64,000 nt of DNA. It comes from Thermoanaerobaculia bacterium (GTDB lineage: Bacteria; Acidobacteriota; Thermoanaerobaculia; Multivoradales; Multivoraceae). A program made the position numbers and the translations under genes. The stretch is taken from NCBI GenBank assembly GCA_963664405.1, contig OY761158.1, forward strand, positions 1,600,001 to 1,664,000, in the 5' to 3' direction. The notes under the pieces were generated by a model. That model worked only from the letters and a program-made list of their open reading frames with translations. It had not been told where the DNA came from and searched no databases. This document shows, one piece after another, positions 19,727-28,664 of this stretch (positions are counted from its first letter, which is position 1; each line of letters opens with the position of its first letter).

Positions 19727-20497
19727 ATGTATCCGAATCCCCTGAAAGAGAAGATCCACGACGGCAAGCTCGTCCTTGGCACGATGCTACCGACCCACGA
19801 CATCCGCATCGCTGCCTTCCTGGCCAACGGCTGCACAGCAGACTTCATCTGGCTCGACCAGGAACACTCGCCCTTCGGCCCGCGCGACATGGAGATGATT
19901 CCGATCATGCTCCGCCAAAAGGGAATCGCCCCCTTGGTGCGGGTGGCGTGGAACGATCCGGGGCTGATCAAGAAGGCCTACGATGCTGGAGCCGTCTCGG
20001 TGATGGTGCCGCAGGTCGGCAACGTCGAGGAAGCCAAGCTCGCGGTCCAGTACGGCAACTATCCCCCGCTGGGCAATCGTGGAATCTCCCCGCACTGGCC
20101 ACTGCTGGCAGGCGAAGACTTTGTCAATGTCGTAAAGACCGCAAACGACGAGACGGTCCTCGTTCTGCAGATGGAGACGGTCGAGGCCTACGAACAGATC
20201 GACGAGATCCTCGCCGTCGACGGCTTCGACGTTCTCTTAGTCGGTCCGATGGATCTTTCAGCATCTCTTGGTGTCACCGCCGAGATGCAGAATCCAAAAG
20301 TGCAGACGATCATGGAGGACGTACCGAAGCGAGCCGAAGGCAGCGGCAAGATCATCGGAACAACACTCCAAGACCCGGAGGAGATCCGCCAGAAGATCGA
20401 CTGGGGCTACAAGTTCCTCAATCTCGGCAGCCCGATCGGTTTCGGCATTCGATTCGTCAACGACCGCTTCGCCGAATATCGCGAGCAAGCGGGCTAG
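19727..20497 (+). CDS. HpcH/HpaI aldolase family
   Basis: DQEHSP, VMVPQV, PPLGNRG, QMET, VGPMDLSAS. Confidence 0.9.
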   Translation: MYPNPLKEKIHDGKLVLGTMLPTHDIRIAAFLANGCTADFIWLDQEHSPFGPRDMEMIPIMLRQKGIAPLVRVAWNDPGLIKKAYDAGAVSVMVPQVGNVEEAKLAVQYGNYPPLGNRGISPHWPLLAGEDFVNVVKTANDETVLVLQMETVEAYEQIDEILAVDGFDVLLVGPMDLSASLGVTAEMQNPKVQTIMEDVPKRAEGSGKIIGTTLQDPEEIRQKIDWGYKFLNLGSPIGFGIRFVNDRFAEYREQAG

Positions 20498-20506
20498 TAA
20501 CGGCCT

Positions 20507-20686
20507 CTAGTGTCCTGTATCAGTAGTTCGTCACACAACTCGCTGGCCCTTTTGGGCGCTGCCGTCGTTGGCTGGGCGCCCCCGCTCTCCTCGCAATATT
20601 GCCCAATATACCTTCGTCGTAGCGCCTTGGCAGCACCCAAAATGACTGCGCGATTTATGCAACGAACCACTGATACAGGACACTAG
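20507..20686. mobile_element. Family C palindromic element (180 bp, CTAG ends), sister of family A
   Basis: TIR CTAGTGTCCTGTATCAGT(A/G)GTTCGT; core aligns to the reverse complement of family A. Confidence 0.85.
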
Positions 20687-20704
20687 AAACGGGAGGAACG
20701 AGAC

Positions 20705-21667
20705 GTGCCCAAGTTCGTGATGCTGCCGCCCATCGATGATCTTCGCCGAGATTGGGCGGAGCGCCTCGCCCGCGAGCTACCCGAGCTCGAGGTTGTGGTC
20801 GCCGAAGACGACGCCGAGGCGGCGGTCGAGCTGGTCGACGCCGACGGCGCCTATGGCTGGGTGCCGCCGGAGGTTCTGCCGACCGTCGAGAAGCTGAGCT
20901 GGCTGCAGAATCCCGACGCCGGCCCCTTCATCGGTTACTACTACAAAGAGCTGATCGAGCATCCGGTCACGATCACGAATCCGCGCGGAATCTATTCGGA
21001 CCACATCGCCCATCACATTCTGATGTTCCTATTGGCGCTGTCACGCGGCCTGCCCTATTTCGTCGCGGAGCAGGCGAAGGGTCGGTGGAACAGGAACGCG
21101 CGCAAGCACGGCTATGTCAACCTTCCAGACTCCACCGTCCTCATCAACGGCCTCGGCGGGATCGGCGCCGAGACGGCGCGCCTGTGTGCGGAGCTCGGTG
21201 CACGGGTGATCGGCGTCGACCCGCGACCCGAGCACGAAACCCCGGCCGAAGTCATCGCGCCCAGCGAGCTGGATCGTCGTCTTCCTGAGGCGGATTTCGT
21301 CGTCACCACCGTGCCGCACACTCCCGAGACCGAGGGCATGTGGAACACGCAACGCTTGGCGCTGATGAAGAAGTCCGCGTACTTCATCAATATCGGACGC
21401 GGCAAGACGGCCAAGCTCGACGATCTGGTGACCGCGCTCGAATCGGGCGAGATCGCCGGCGCGGGGCTCGACGTCTACGAGACCGAGCCGCTTCCCGAAA
21501 GCCATCCACTCTGGCACATGGAGAACGTTCTGCTCACACCGCATATCGCGGTCTACGAGGCCGAGAACATTCCCGAGCGCCGCTACCAGCTCATCCTCGA
21601 GAATGCGCGACGCTTCCTCGACGGACGTGAGCTCCTGAACGTGGTCGACAAGGCAAAGTGGTATTGA
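20705..21667 (+). CDS. D-2-hydroxyacid dehydrogenase
   Basis: GLGGIG, INIGRG, LDVYETEPLP, TPHIA. Confidence 0.92.
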   Translation: MPKFVMLPPIDDLRRDWAERLARELPELEVVVAEDDAEAAVELVDADGAYGWVPPEVLPTVEKLSWLQNPDAGPFIGYYYKELIEHPVTITNPRGIYSDHIAHHILMFLLALSRGLPYFVAEQAKGRWNRNARKHGYVNLPDSTVLINGLGGIGAETARLCAELGARVIGVDPRPEHETPAEVIAPSELDRRLPEADFVVTTVPHTPETEGMWNTQRLALMKKSAYFINIGRGKTAKLDDLVTALESGEIAGAGLDVYETEPLPESHPLWHMENVLLTPHIAVYEAENIPERRYQLILENARRFLDGRELLNVVDKAKWY

Positions 21668-21690
21668 CCAAACGCGGCACTGCGAAACAT

Positions 21691-21727
21691 CCTTGAAAAT
21701 CCTCAGTTCGGCTGAGGATTTTCAAGG
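21691..21727. terminator. Perfect 16-bp hairpin between convergent genes (terminator and/or DUF4143-type operator relic)
   Basis: CCTTGAAAATCCTCAG-ttcgg-CTGAGGATTTTCAAGG. Confidence 0.55.
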
Positions 21728-21796
21728 AACATTTTCAACGAATGGCAAGCCCAAGCGGAGGGAATCTACCTTCGCGACAGCGACCTTCTCACTTTG

Positions 21797-23245
21797 TCAG
21801 CGCGGCCCGAAGAGATTTCTTATCGGCAGCCCGGGGTCCTTGGCGGGGTCGTAGTCGGGATTGCGCGTCGGCAGCTCGAGATCGACTTCTTCGAAGTAGG
21901 AGTCGAGTCGCTGCGAGAGCTTCTTCGCGATCTCGGGGCGCCAACTGCTCAGATCGGTCGACTCCCGGAGGTCGAGCTCGAGATCGTAGAGGTACTCTCG
22001 ACCCGATTCGAGCTCGCGGATGAGCTTGTGGTTGCCGCTACGAATGGCCGCCTGCGGCGCCACGTGCTTCATGTTGCGATAGGCGCCGTAGTACCAGACC
22101 AGCTCGTCCGTGCCGCGCTCGACTGTCGAGGCACGACCGGCTAGGACTCCCGCCAGGCTCCCTCCGTCTACGTCGCTCGGAACATCGTCGCCTTCGCCGA
22201 TCCACTCGGCGATCGTCGGCAGAAAGTCATAGCCGATCGCCGGAACATGACTCTGCGATCCGGCTTCGATTCCCGGACCCCGAACGATCAGCGGCACCCG
22301 AATGCCGCCCTCCCACACATGAGTCTTGCCCATGAACAACGGAGTATTGCTGGTCACCGGGGTATCCGATTCACCACCGTTGTCGGAGGTGAAGATCACA
22401 TAGGTATTCTCCGAGAGTCCGAGCTCGTCCAGCTTCGCGAGGATCTTGCCGACACTCTCGTCCATCTCCTCCGTCATCGCGGCATAGACCTCGTTCGAGT
22501 GGTTGTTGCCGGTGGGATAAGTCTTGTAGCGCTCCACGTTCTTGGGGAAGGCCCGGAGAGGAGTGTGCACTGCGTAGTAGGAGACCTGGAGATAGAAGGG
22601 TCGTCCACTCGGCCCGTACTTGTCGAGGAAGGCGAGCGAGTCTTTGGTGATCTCCCCGGAGCGCTTGGGGTCGGGTGGTCCCTGCCCACCCGGCGTGTTG
22701 GTGGTGGTGCCGTTGTGCTCGTCGTAGCCATGGCGCTCGGGCGGGGTCGCGCCCATATGCCATTTGCCGAAGTGACCGGCGACCGTCTTCGAATCGTGCC
22801 GCTTCAGATACTCGGCGATGGTGAGCTCGCTTTCCGGCAGATCGTCGATCGGAAAAGGCACGAGCAGAGGTTTGTTGAAATACATCATGTCGTGGAAGGG
22901 CTGGATCAGCGCCTTGCCGTTCTCGTCAGGCACCACGTCGATGATGTCGGTGGCGCCAAGACGCGCCGCGGTCTTCCCGGTCTGGATCGCCATCCGGGTC
23001 GGCGAGCAGTTCGGCGCCGGGGAGTAGGCGTTGGAGAAGCGCATACCCTGGCTCGCCATCCGCTCCAAGCTCGGAGTGCGGTAAAGATCGCTCTTTGAGC
23101 CCGCCACACGGTCGTCCATCTGCACCGACGAGCCGGTCCAACCCATGTCGTCGGCGAGCAAGAGAACGATGTTCGGCGTGTCCGCCGCGCTGGCGGTCAG
23201 CGGTAGGGCTATGGCGAGTAGGAGAGTAGCGACTTCAAGTCTCAT
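21797..23245 (-). CDS. Secreted sulfatase
   Basis: ADDMG, CSPTR, GKWHM, SDNG. Confidence 0.92.
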   Translation of the reverse strand: MRLEVATLLLAIALPLTASAADTPNIVLLLADDMGWTGSSVQMDDRVAGSKSDLYRTPSLERMASQGMRFSNAYSPAPNCSPTRMAIQTGKTAARLGATDIIDVVPDENGKALIQPFHDMMYFNKPLLVPFPIDDLPESELTIAEYLKRHDSKTVAGHFGKWHMGATPPERHGYDEHNGTTTNTPGGQGPPDPKRSGEITKDSLAFLDKYGPSGRPFYLQVSYYAVHTPLRAFPKNVERYKTYPTGNNHSNEVYAAMTEEMDESVGKILAKLDELGLSENTYVIFTSDNGGESDTPVTSNTPLFMGKTHVWEGGIRVPLIVRGPGIEAGSQSHVPAIGYDFLPTIAEWIGEGDDVPSDVDGGSLAGVLAGRASTVERGTDELVWYYGAYRNMKHVAPQAAIRSGNHKLIRELESGREYLYDLELDLRESTDLSSWRPEIAKKLSQRLDSYFEEVDLELPTRNPDYDPAKDPGLPIRNLFGPR

Positions 23246-23333
23246 GACTCCTCCTGAGGATCGGATTTTCTGCGGGCATCAACTCTAGCATCGTGAGCGA
23301 CGTCGAAGCCGCAGTGACACGCTGGGGGATCCT

Positions 23334-23741
23334 CTATTCACTCGCGTCTGTGCGCAGCACGGGTCCCGCCCAATCGAGAATGCGTTGGTCAGCCGTGGCC
23401 AGGACAGCTCCCTCGCGCAGGGCGGTGGCGACAATGATGCGGTCGGCGGGATCGGCGTGGAAGTCGGCCAGAGCCGCCGCTCGTGCACCGATATCTCCGA
23501 TGACCGCGATCTCCACCAGGCCGGCGCGAAGCAGTTTCGACCTCCAGGCGTCGAGATCGAGCGCCAGCGACACCCGACCCTTGCGTAGCAGGGTACCGAT
23601 CTCCCAGAAGCTGATGGCAGAGACCGAGAGCCCATCTTCCGCGAGCGCTCGGTCGAGTGCCAGACGCGCCTTCGGTCCCAGTCTCGAGCTTCCGCCGTCG
23701 AGCCAAAGCAGGACGTGGGTGTCGAGCAGGGTCATTGCCAA
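23334..23741 (-). CDS. PIN toxin
   Basis: LLDTHVLLW, SFWEI, DPADRII. Confidence 0.9.
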   Translation of the reverse strand: MAMTLLDTHVLLWLDGGSSRLGPKARLALDRALAEDGLSVSAISFWEIGTLLRKGRVSLALDLDAWRSKLLRAGLVEIAVIGDIGARAAALADFHADPADRIIVATALREGAVLATADQRILDWAGPVLRTDASE

Positions 23742-23771
23742 GCTCCTGCGACGAATGGAGCGTTCGACGAG

Positions 23772-24011
23772 CTACTCGGCATTCCCCCCGCTGGCCTCCC
23801 ACTCGTTCTCGATCGGGGAGACGACGTCGCCGTGAATCACGAGCTCCTTACGGTGGAGGCCGAAGAGGGTCTCTGGCTTCTCCAGATACGCGACCAACCG
23901 ACTCACCGGACGACCGTTCTTCGTGATCACGATGGACTCGTTGGTCTCTGCGACTTCGTCCATCAAGGCGAGACACTTGGATTTGAACTCGGACGCTTTG
24001 ATCTTCTTCAT
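23772..24011 (-). CDS. Phd/YefM antitoxin
   Basis: ASEFKSKCLALMDEV...ITKNGRPV. Confidence 0.9.
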   Translation of the reverse strand: MKKIKASEFKSKCLALMDEVAETNESIVITKNGRPVSRLVAYLEKPETLFGLHRKELVIHGDVVSPIENEWEASGGNAE

Positions 24012-24030
24012 TGCCGCCCCCTCAGTTATC

Positions 24031-24054
24031 TGACCATGGTCATGACCATGGTTA
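24031..24054. promoter_or_regulatory. Tandem palindromic operator
   Basis: TGACCATGGTCA-TGACCATGGTTA upstream of the antitoxin. Confidence 0.65.
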
Positions 24055-24102
24055 TATGGAGACTAACAGAAGCCTCATCCGTCACACACTATTAGGGTCG
24101 CC

Positions 24103-24549
24103 TCATCGACGAGAAAATGCATCGGCTCGGCGAAAGGCGAAGTGAAGCACTCGCCGGGCAATGCGCCAACCCTCGGCGGTGCGCACGAACTCGTCCTCGT
24201 AATGTCCCACCGCGGCGGGCCCTTCGAAAGCGATGGGATCGTCGGTCAAGCTCTCGTCACCGACATGCCGATACAGGCTGAGATAAGAGATGCCGCGGGC
24301 GTGATCCGAGTCGACGACTTCGACGTGGATATTGGTCAGGACATGACGGGAGCGCAGCGTGTCCGGTCGCTTCTTGAACGACTTGCGAATCGCCTCTTTG
24401 CCGTCAAAGGGATAGCCGGCGTTGAGATGGGCGTCCTCGGCAAAGAGCTCGACAAAGGCGTCGTACTCGCGGAAGTCGACGTGACGCGCGTAGGCGATCG
24501 AAAGCTGCTGGCAGGTGTGCTCGATATCGATTCTCTCTAAGGCTTGCAT
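24103..24549 (-). CDS. SnoaL-like NTF2-fold protein
   Basis: YARHVD, LFAEDA, RHVLTN, YEDEFVRTAEGWRI. Confidence 0.85.
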   Translation of the reverse strand: MQALERIDIEHTCQQLSIAYARHVDFREYDAFVELFAEDAHLNAGYPFDGKEAIRKSFKKRPDTLRSRHVLTNIHVEVVDSDHARGISYLSLYRHVGDESLTDDPIAFEGPAAVGHYEDEFVRTAEGWRIARRVLHFAFRRADAFSRR

Positions 24550-24901
24550 GGTCGCTCCTTCACACTTGTGGTTTGACACCTGGATGGCGAGGCAGCTCCG
24601 TTCTCTCCCCACACATAGTAGTCCGACGGGATGAAGATCTCTCTCAGCCTCTGCACTTGCCTTTCGGTCGCGGTCTCTGGCTTAGGCCTGCAGCCGGCGC
24701 ATGCCGTCAATGACACCGAGCGAGAATGCCGCAACCTGATCCGCCTCACCGACTTCAATCACGCGGTCGAGCCCGCGGCACGGGCAAGTGCGAAACCTCC
24801 GTACTGACGCCAGGCGCCTGGGTCGCGAAGTGCTCGGGCACCGAAAACTAGAGGGTGACAGTCAACGGGGTCGCGCCGGGTCGGCCATGCCAGCTGTACG
24901 C

Positions 24902-24930
24902 TTGACGTACTACACGAAGCGTACTAACCT
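24902..24930 (+). promoter_or_regulatory. Sigma70-type promoter for higBA, probably leaderless
   Basis: TTGACG-17 nt-TAACCT, then 6 nt to the GTG start. Confidence 0.6.
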
Positions 24931-24936
24931 TGCAAA

Positions 24937-25224
24937 GTGATTCGCTCGTTCGCGGACGGCAAGACTCGTCGGCTGTTCGAGGACGATCGAAGAAGAGGGT
25001 TTCGCGGTCTCGACTACGACCGAGCACTACTATTGCTTGACGCCCTGGATGCCGCGCGTTCCCTCGAGCCGCTACGAGCTCTGCAAGCGGTTCGGCTCCA
25101 CTCGCTGAAGGGTGGTCGCAAGGGGCAGCAAGCAATGACCGTGAACCGGCGCTGGAGGATCACTTTCAAGTTCGAGGAAGGCGATGCACAAGACGTGGCA
25201 ATCGAGGACTACCACAGGAGCTAG
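24937..25224 (+). CDS. higB: HigB (RelE/ParE-family) toxin
   Basis: MIRSFADGKT, RLHSLKG, WRITFKF, IEDYH. Confidence 0.88.
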   Translation: MIRSFADGKTRRLFEDDRRRGFRGLDYDRALLLLDALDAARSLEPLRALQAVRLHSLKGGRKGQQAMTVNRRWRITFKFEEGDAQDVAIEDYHRS

Positions 25225-25227
25225 CTG

Positions 25228-25515
25228 ATGACGAGAGTGAGAAGCCACCCGGGCCAGCTACTTCGCGCCGAGCTCGAAGCTCGAGAGATGAGTGCCAATC
25301 AGCTCGCTCTGGCACTGCGTGTGCCGGCGAATCGCATCACAGCCATCCTGCGTGGAGAGCGGTCCGTTACGGCGGAGACAGCGCTTCGGCTGGGGCGATA
25401 TCTGGGGACCGACGCCGCGTTCTGGATGAACCTCCAGACCGCCTACGACATCTCGCTGATCGATGCGGAGAGAGGGCATCTGATCGAAGAGGAAGTGCCC
25501 GCGCCCACAGCTTGA
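25228..25515 (+). CDS. higA: HigA HTH antitoxin
   Basis: HPGQLL, TAETALRL, FWMNLQ. Confidence 0.9.
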   Translation: MTRVRSHPGQLLRAELEAREMSANQLALALRVPANRITAILRGERSVTAETALRLGRYLGTDAAFWMNLQTAYDISLIDAERGHLIEEEVPAPTA

Positions 25516-25563
25516 GGAAGGACGGCCGTAGGACACCCCAGGTCGTGGACACGGTCCATGAAA

Positions 25564-25810
25564 TCAGCGACCGCCGGCCGCGATCTGCGGCAGAGCGAAG
25601 GCGACGAGCTCCGCTTTCTCGCTCACTCCGCCGGCGGCAACGACGATGTACTGGCGCCCCTCGTGGAGATAGGTGATTGGCGAGCTGTGCAGACTGCGCT
25701 CGACCTCGACCTGGGCCAGCAGCTTGCCGCTGCCCCTCTCGTAAGCCTGGAGATAAGCGCCTCCCGGCCCTTCTCTGATCCGCTTGCCGAGCTCGTCGAG
25801 CTTGGCGGGC
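25564..25810 (-). pseudogene. C-terminal fragment of PQQ dehydrogenase
   Basis: AKLDELG...SLHSSPITY..GRQYIVVAAGG matches paralog C-termini. Confidence 0.85.
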
Positions 25811-25916
25811 CCGCCGAAGAGGAGCGCGGCTGTCAACTCTTTCGGGTGCTCGGCCGCGTCTCGAAAATGTTCGGGTGGCACCCCGCCGGCCGGAGGCCGG
25901 CGGGGGTGTTGCCGGC

Positions 25917-25940
25917 TGATATATACCATGATATATATCA
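25917..25940. promoter_or_regulatory. vapBC operator
   Basis: TGATATATAccaTGATATATATCA. Confidence 0.6.
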
Positions 25941-25943
25941 AGC

Positions 25944-26213
25944 GTGAAACCAACGAAAGAACGTCCCCAGAGACGCGAGTACCGAGCGAAGGTCTTCCGT
26001 AACGGGCGCAGCCAGGCGATACGCCTCCCCAAGGAGCTCCGATTCGATGAGCAAGAGAAGGAGGTTCGTGTGTGGCGGGAGCACGGACGCCTGGTAGTCG
26101 AATCGATCGACGAGTGGCCGGAGGACTTCTGGCGACTCTTCGGAAGCGTTCCTGATCTCGAGCTCCCCGAGCGAACGCCCCTCGCCGAGGCACGCGACCG
26201 CTTCAATCGGTGA
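25944..26213 (+). CDS. vapB: AbrB-type VapB antitoxin
   Basis: AKVFRNGRSQAIRLPKE. Confidence 0.9.
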   Translation: MKPTKERPQRREYRAKVFRNGRSQAIRLPKELRFDEQEKEVRVWREHGRLVVESIDEWPEDFWRLFGSVPDLELPERTPLAEARDRFNR

Positions 26214-26602
26214 GGTACCTCCTCGACACCGATACGGTGAGCTTCATCCTGCGCGGAGAGGGGAGGGTCGAAGACCACTTTCTTCGCCTCCGCCCGTCGG
26301 ACATCTGCACCAGTCCGATCGTCGTAGGAGAGATTGAGCTCGGCCTCGAACGGAGAAAGAACCCGAGGCTTCGACTGCTCGCTGAACGTCTCTTCGAGAT
26401 CTTGTCCGTCGCGCCTTACGACAGGGAGGCTGGCCAGCACTACGGCCGATTGGCAGCTTCCCTCCTGGCAACAGGAACCCCGATCGGGGTCGAGGACACG
26501 ATGGTCGCGGCCCACGCCCTGTCGTTGGGCCTGACTCTGGTCACTCACAACACCAGGCACTTTGAGCGAGTACCGGGGCTCAGGGTCGAGGACTGGTACT
26601 AG
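26210..26602 (+). CDS. vapC: VapC toxin
   Basis: YLLDTD, DTMVAAHA, VTHNTRHFERVPGL. Confidence 0.92.
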   Translation: MRYLLDTDTVSFILRGEGRVEDHFLRLRPSDICTSPIVVGEIELGLERRKNPRLRLLAERLFEILSVAPYDREAGQHYGRLAASLLATGTPIGVEDTMVAAHALSLGLTLVTHNTRHFERVPGLRVEDWY

Positions 26603-26763
26603 ACCAGCGTTTCCGAAGTTCGTGTACAGAGCTCGAGGTCATTCTGTTCGCTGGCAAGGCGCGCCGACGCAGGCATAGCAGGGACTATGTCGAGGAGGCG
26701 CAACGCCGCCAGCGGGCAGAAGGGGCCGAGAACTGTGCGCGAACTTCGGAAACGCTGGTCTAG
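26599..26763. mobile_element. Family A element copy 3 (165 bp, on vapC stop codon)
   Basis: CTAG ends; compensatory changes in both TIR arms. Confidence 0.9.
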
Positions 26764-26824
26764 CGCGGCGCCAGTGAGAAGGCTCGTCGCGTTCGCTCAT
26801 CCGGTCTACCGCGCTAAAATCGTA

Positions 26825-27456
26825 ATGCTCGCTCACCGCCGGGGAGCGCCACTCAACGCTGCCGGGCTTGCCCGTAGCCTGGCGGTGGACGGCAAGACCA
26901 TCGCGCGGTATCTCGACCCATGGTGGACCTGCTTCGGCCACCGCTTCCTGCGTGTTATCGATGTGCCGAGCGATACATCCGGTGCTTCGAAAGCCGCCTG
27001 TGAGATCTGGGGAACGACGCTCGAAGGCGAGCGCTGGACGCAGCCTGTGAGCATCCCGATGACCGGCTTTCGCCAGGACTGCTATCCGGCAGATCGATGT
27101 GATCCGCGATCAGACCCTCGTCCACAATCGCCAAAACCTCGGCCAGGACGTGAGCTTCAGCTTCGTCGACAACGAGGTCGGGCCTGGGGAGCACTACTAC
27201 TATGTGAGGGTGCTTCAAAACGACGGCAACCTCGCTTGGTCATCTCCCATCTGGGTGACGAATCGTTAGCCCCAGGGCAGAGCGCCAATAAGCCCGCGGT
27301 TCTCGATCTCGAGAGTCCGGTCGATTTGGAGAAACTCGCGAACACGGCCGGCTATCTCGAGTTCGATCCGATCGACTCGTGATCTTCGATGAGCACCCAC
27401 GAACAGGCGCCGAATGCCGCTTTGATGCCAACTCCGATCTTGCGATCGCGATCCGG
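26825..27456 (+). pseudogene. Mosaic of fragments homologous to the 54-60 kb genes
   Basis: Blocks match ~59746-59850, ~55706-55851, ~56953-57144, ~59285-59378 and 57145-57176. Confidence 0.85.
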
Positions 27457-27503
27457 CATCAGGTTTCAGCCGGCAAGGGAGTCGCCCAGGCTAAGATCCT
27501 TCC

Positions 27504-27920
27504 ATGAGCGGCGGAGTCAGCGACACCAAAACCATCGCGGCGGCGCTCTCGGATGAGCTCGCTTCGGTGGGCGACGTGGTCGCAGCGTATCTCTTCGGGA
27601 GTGTCGCTCGAGGTCGGCACCACCGCGCGAGCGATGTCGATGTCGCTCTCCTCCTGGCGGAAGATCCGCCTGGTACCCTGGCAGGGCTAAGGCTCGACCT
27701 GGCGGCGAAGCTCGGCGACCGTCTCGGCCTGCCGGTGCAGGTCGTGCTGCTGAATCAGGCACCGGCGGACCTCGCTCACCGCGTTCTACGCGACGGCCAG
27801 CTCCTGATCGACCGCGATCCCGGCAGGCGTATTCGTTTCGAGGTTCGCTCCCGCAACGAGTACTTCGACCTCCATCTGATTCGGCAGCGCTATAGGCACG
27901 GCAGCAGGAGAGCGTCGTGA
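27504..27920 (+). CDS. MNT nucleotidyltransferase antitoxin (type VII TA)
   Basis: YLFGSVARG...SDVDVA. Confidence 0.88.
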   Translation: MSGGVSDTKTIAAALSDELASVGDVVAAYLFGSVARGRHHRASDVDVALLLAEDPPGTLAGLRLDLAAKLGDRLGLPVQVVLLNQAPADLAHRVLRDGQLLIDRDPGRRIRFEVRSRNEYFDLHLIRQRYRHGSRRAS

Positions 27921-28345
27921 CCGATGGGGAGCTGGTTGCGAAGAAGCTCGCCGAGATCGAGACCCGCGTTCGCGAGCTCGAACGGCTGGCCCAACCCGAG
28001 CTGATGGCGACAGACCTGAAGGAGCAGCGTTTCATCCTGATGACCCTGCAGCTGGCGATCCAGGCTGCTCTCGACGTGGCCTCGCACATCGTCTCCGACG
28101 AGCAGCTCGGCGAGCCGGAGCGCAACCGAGACTTGTTCGGTCTCCTCACCGCAGCAGGCTGGCTGACCGAGGAGCTGGGGGGCCGCCTGCAGCAGATGGC
28201 GGGTTTTCGCAACGTCCTCGTTCACGAGTACATGCGAACCGATCTCGCGGTTGTGCGCGACGTTCTGGAGAACCGACTCGAAGATCTACTGAGCTTCAGT
28301 GCGGCAGTGAGACAGCGGCTTCCTCCGTCGAGCAAGCGCGGTTAG
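27917..28345 (+). CDS. HEPN (DUF86) RNase toxin
   Basis: GFRNVLVHEY (RX4H motif). Confidence 0.9.
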   Translation: MTDGELVAKKLAEIETRVRELERLAQPELMATDLKEQRFILMTLQLAIQAALDVASHIVSDEQLGEPERNRDLFGLLTAAGWLTEELGGRLQQMAGFRNVLVHEYMRTDLAVVRDVLENRLEDLLSFSAAVRQRLPPSSKRG

Positions 28346-28386
28346 CTCAGACAGTAGTTGCGGCTCTGTCGCCTGCCACGCAGACC

Positions 28387-28572
28387 TCGTCACTCGCGGC
28401 TCGATCCGGCCTTCCCCAGTACATCCGCTTCGAGCACCCGGGCACCCCGTAAAATGCCTCCCATCGAGTAATTGCCCTCGTGACAGGCGTACTCGTAAAA
28501 CCCGCTCCGTGGTAGAGCGCAAAACGTACTCGCCGGTCCACGGCGCCGTCCAAGACGTCTGGTCTTCGACCG
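28387..28572 (-). pseudogene. 3' fragment of ACHEGN protein
   Basis: Near-identical to 57177..57362, with indels. Confidence 0.85.
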
Positions 28573-28664
28573 TCCCTGTATTCTTCTCGCATGTTAGATT
28601 GTTCAGAATTTCATCCTGCAGCACAAAGTGTAAATACGGTCGTAAATCTCTCGTGAAGGGATCC

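Noticed and set aside
25879-25908. Strong GC hairpin as terminator or ncRNA
   Set aside because: No clear U-tract, single copy, lies in relic DNA; function unsupported
26825-27393. Diversity-generating retroelement TR/VR pair
   Set aside because: The first block differs at A's, but other blocks differ at C/G and by indels; no reverse transcriptase in the window
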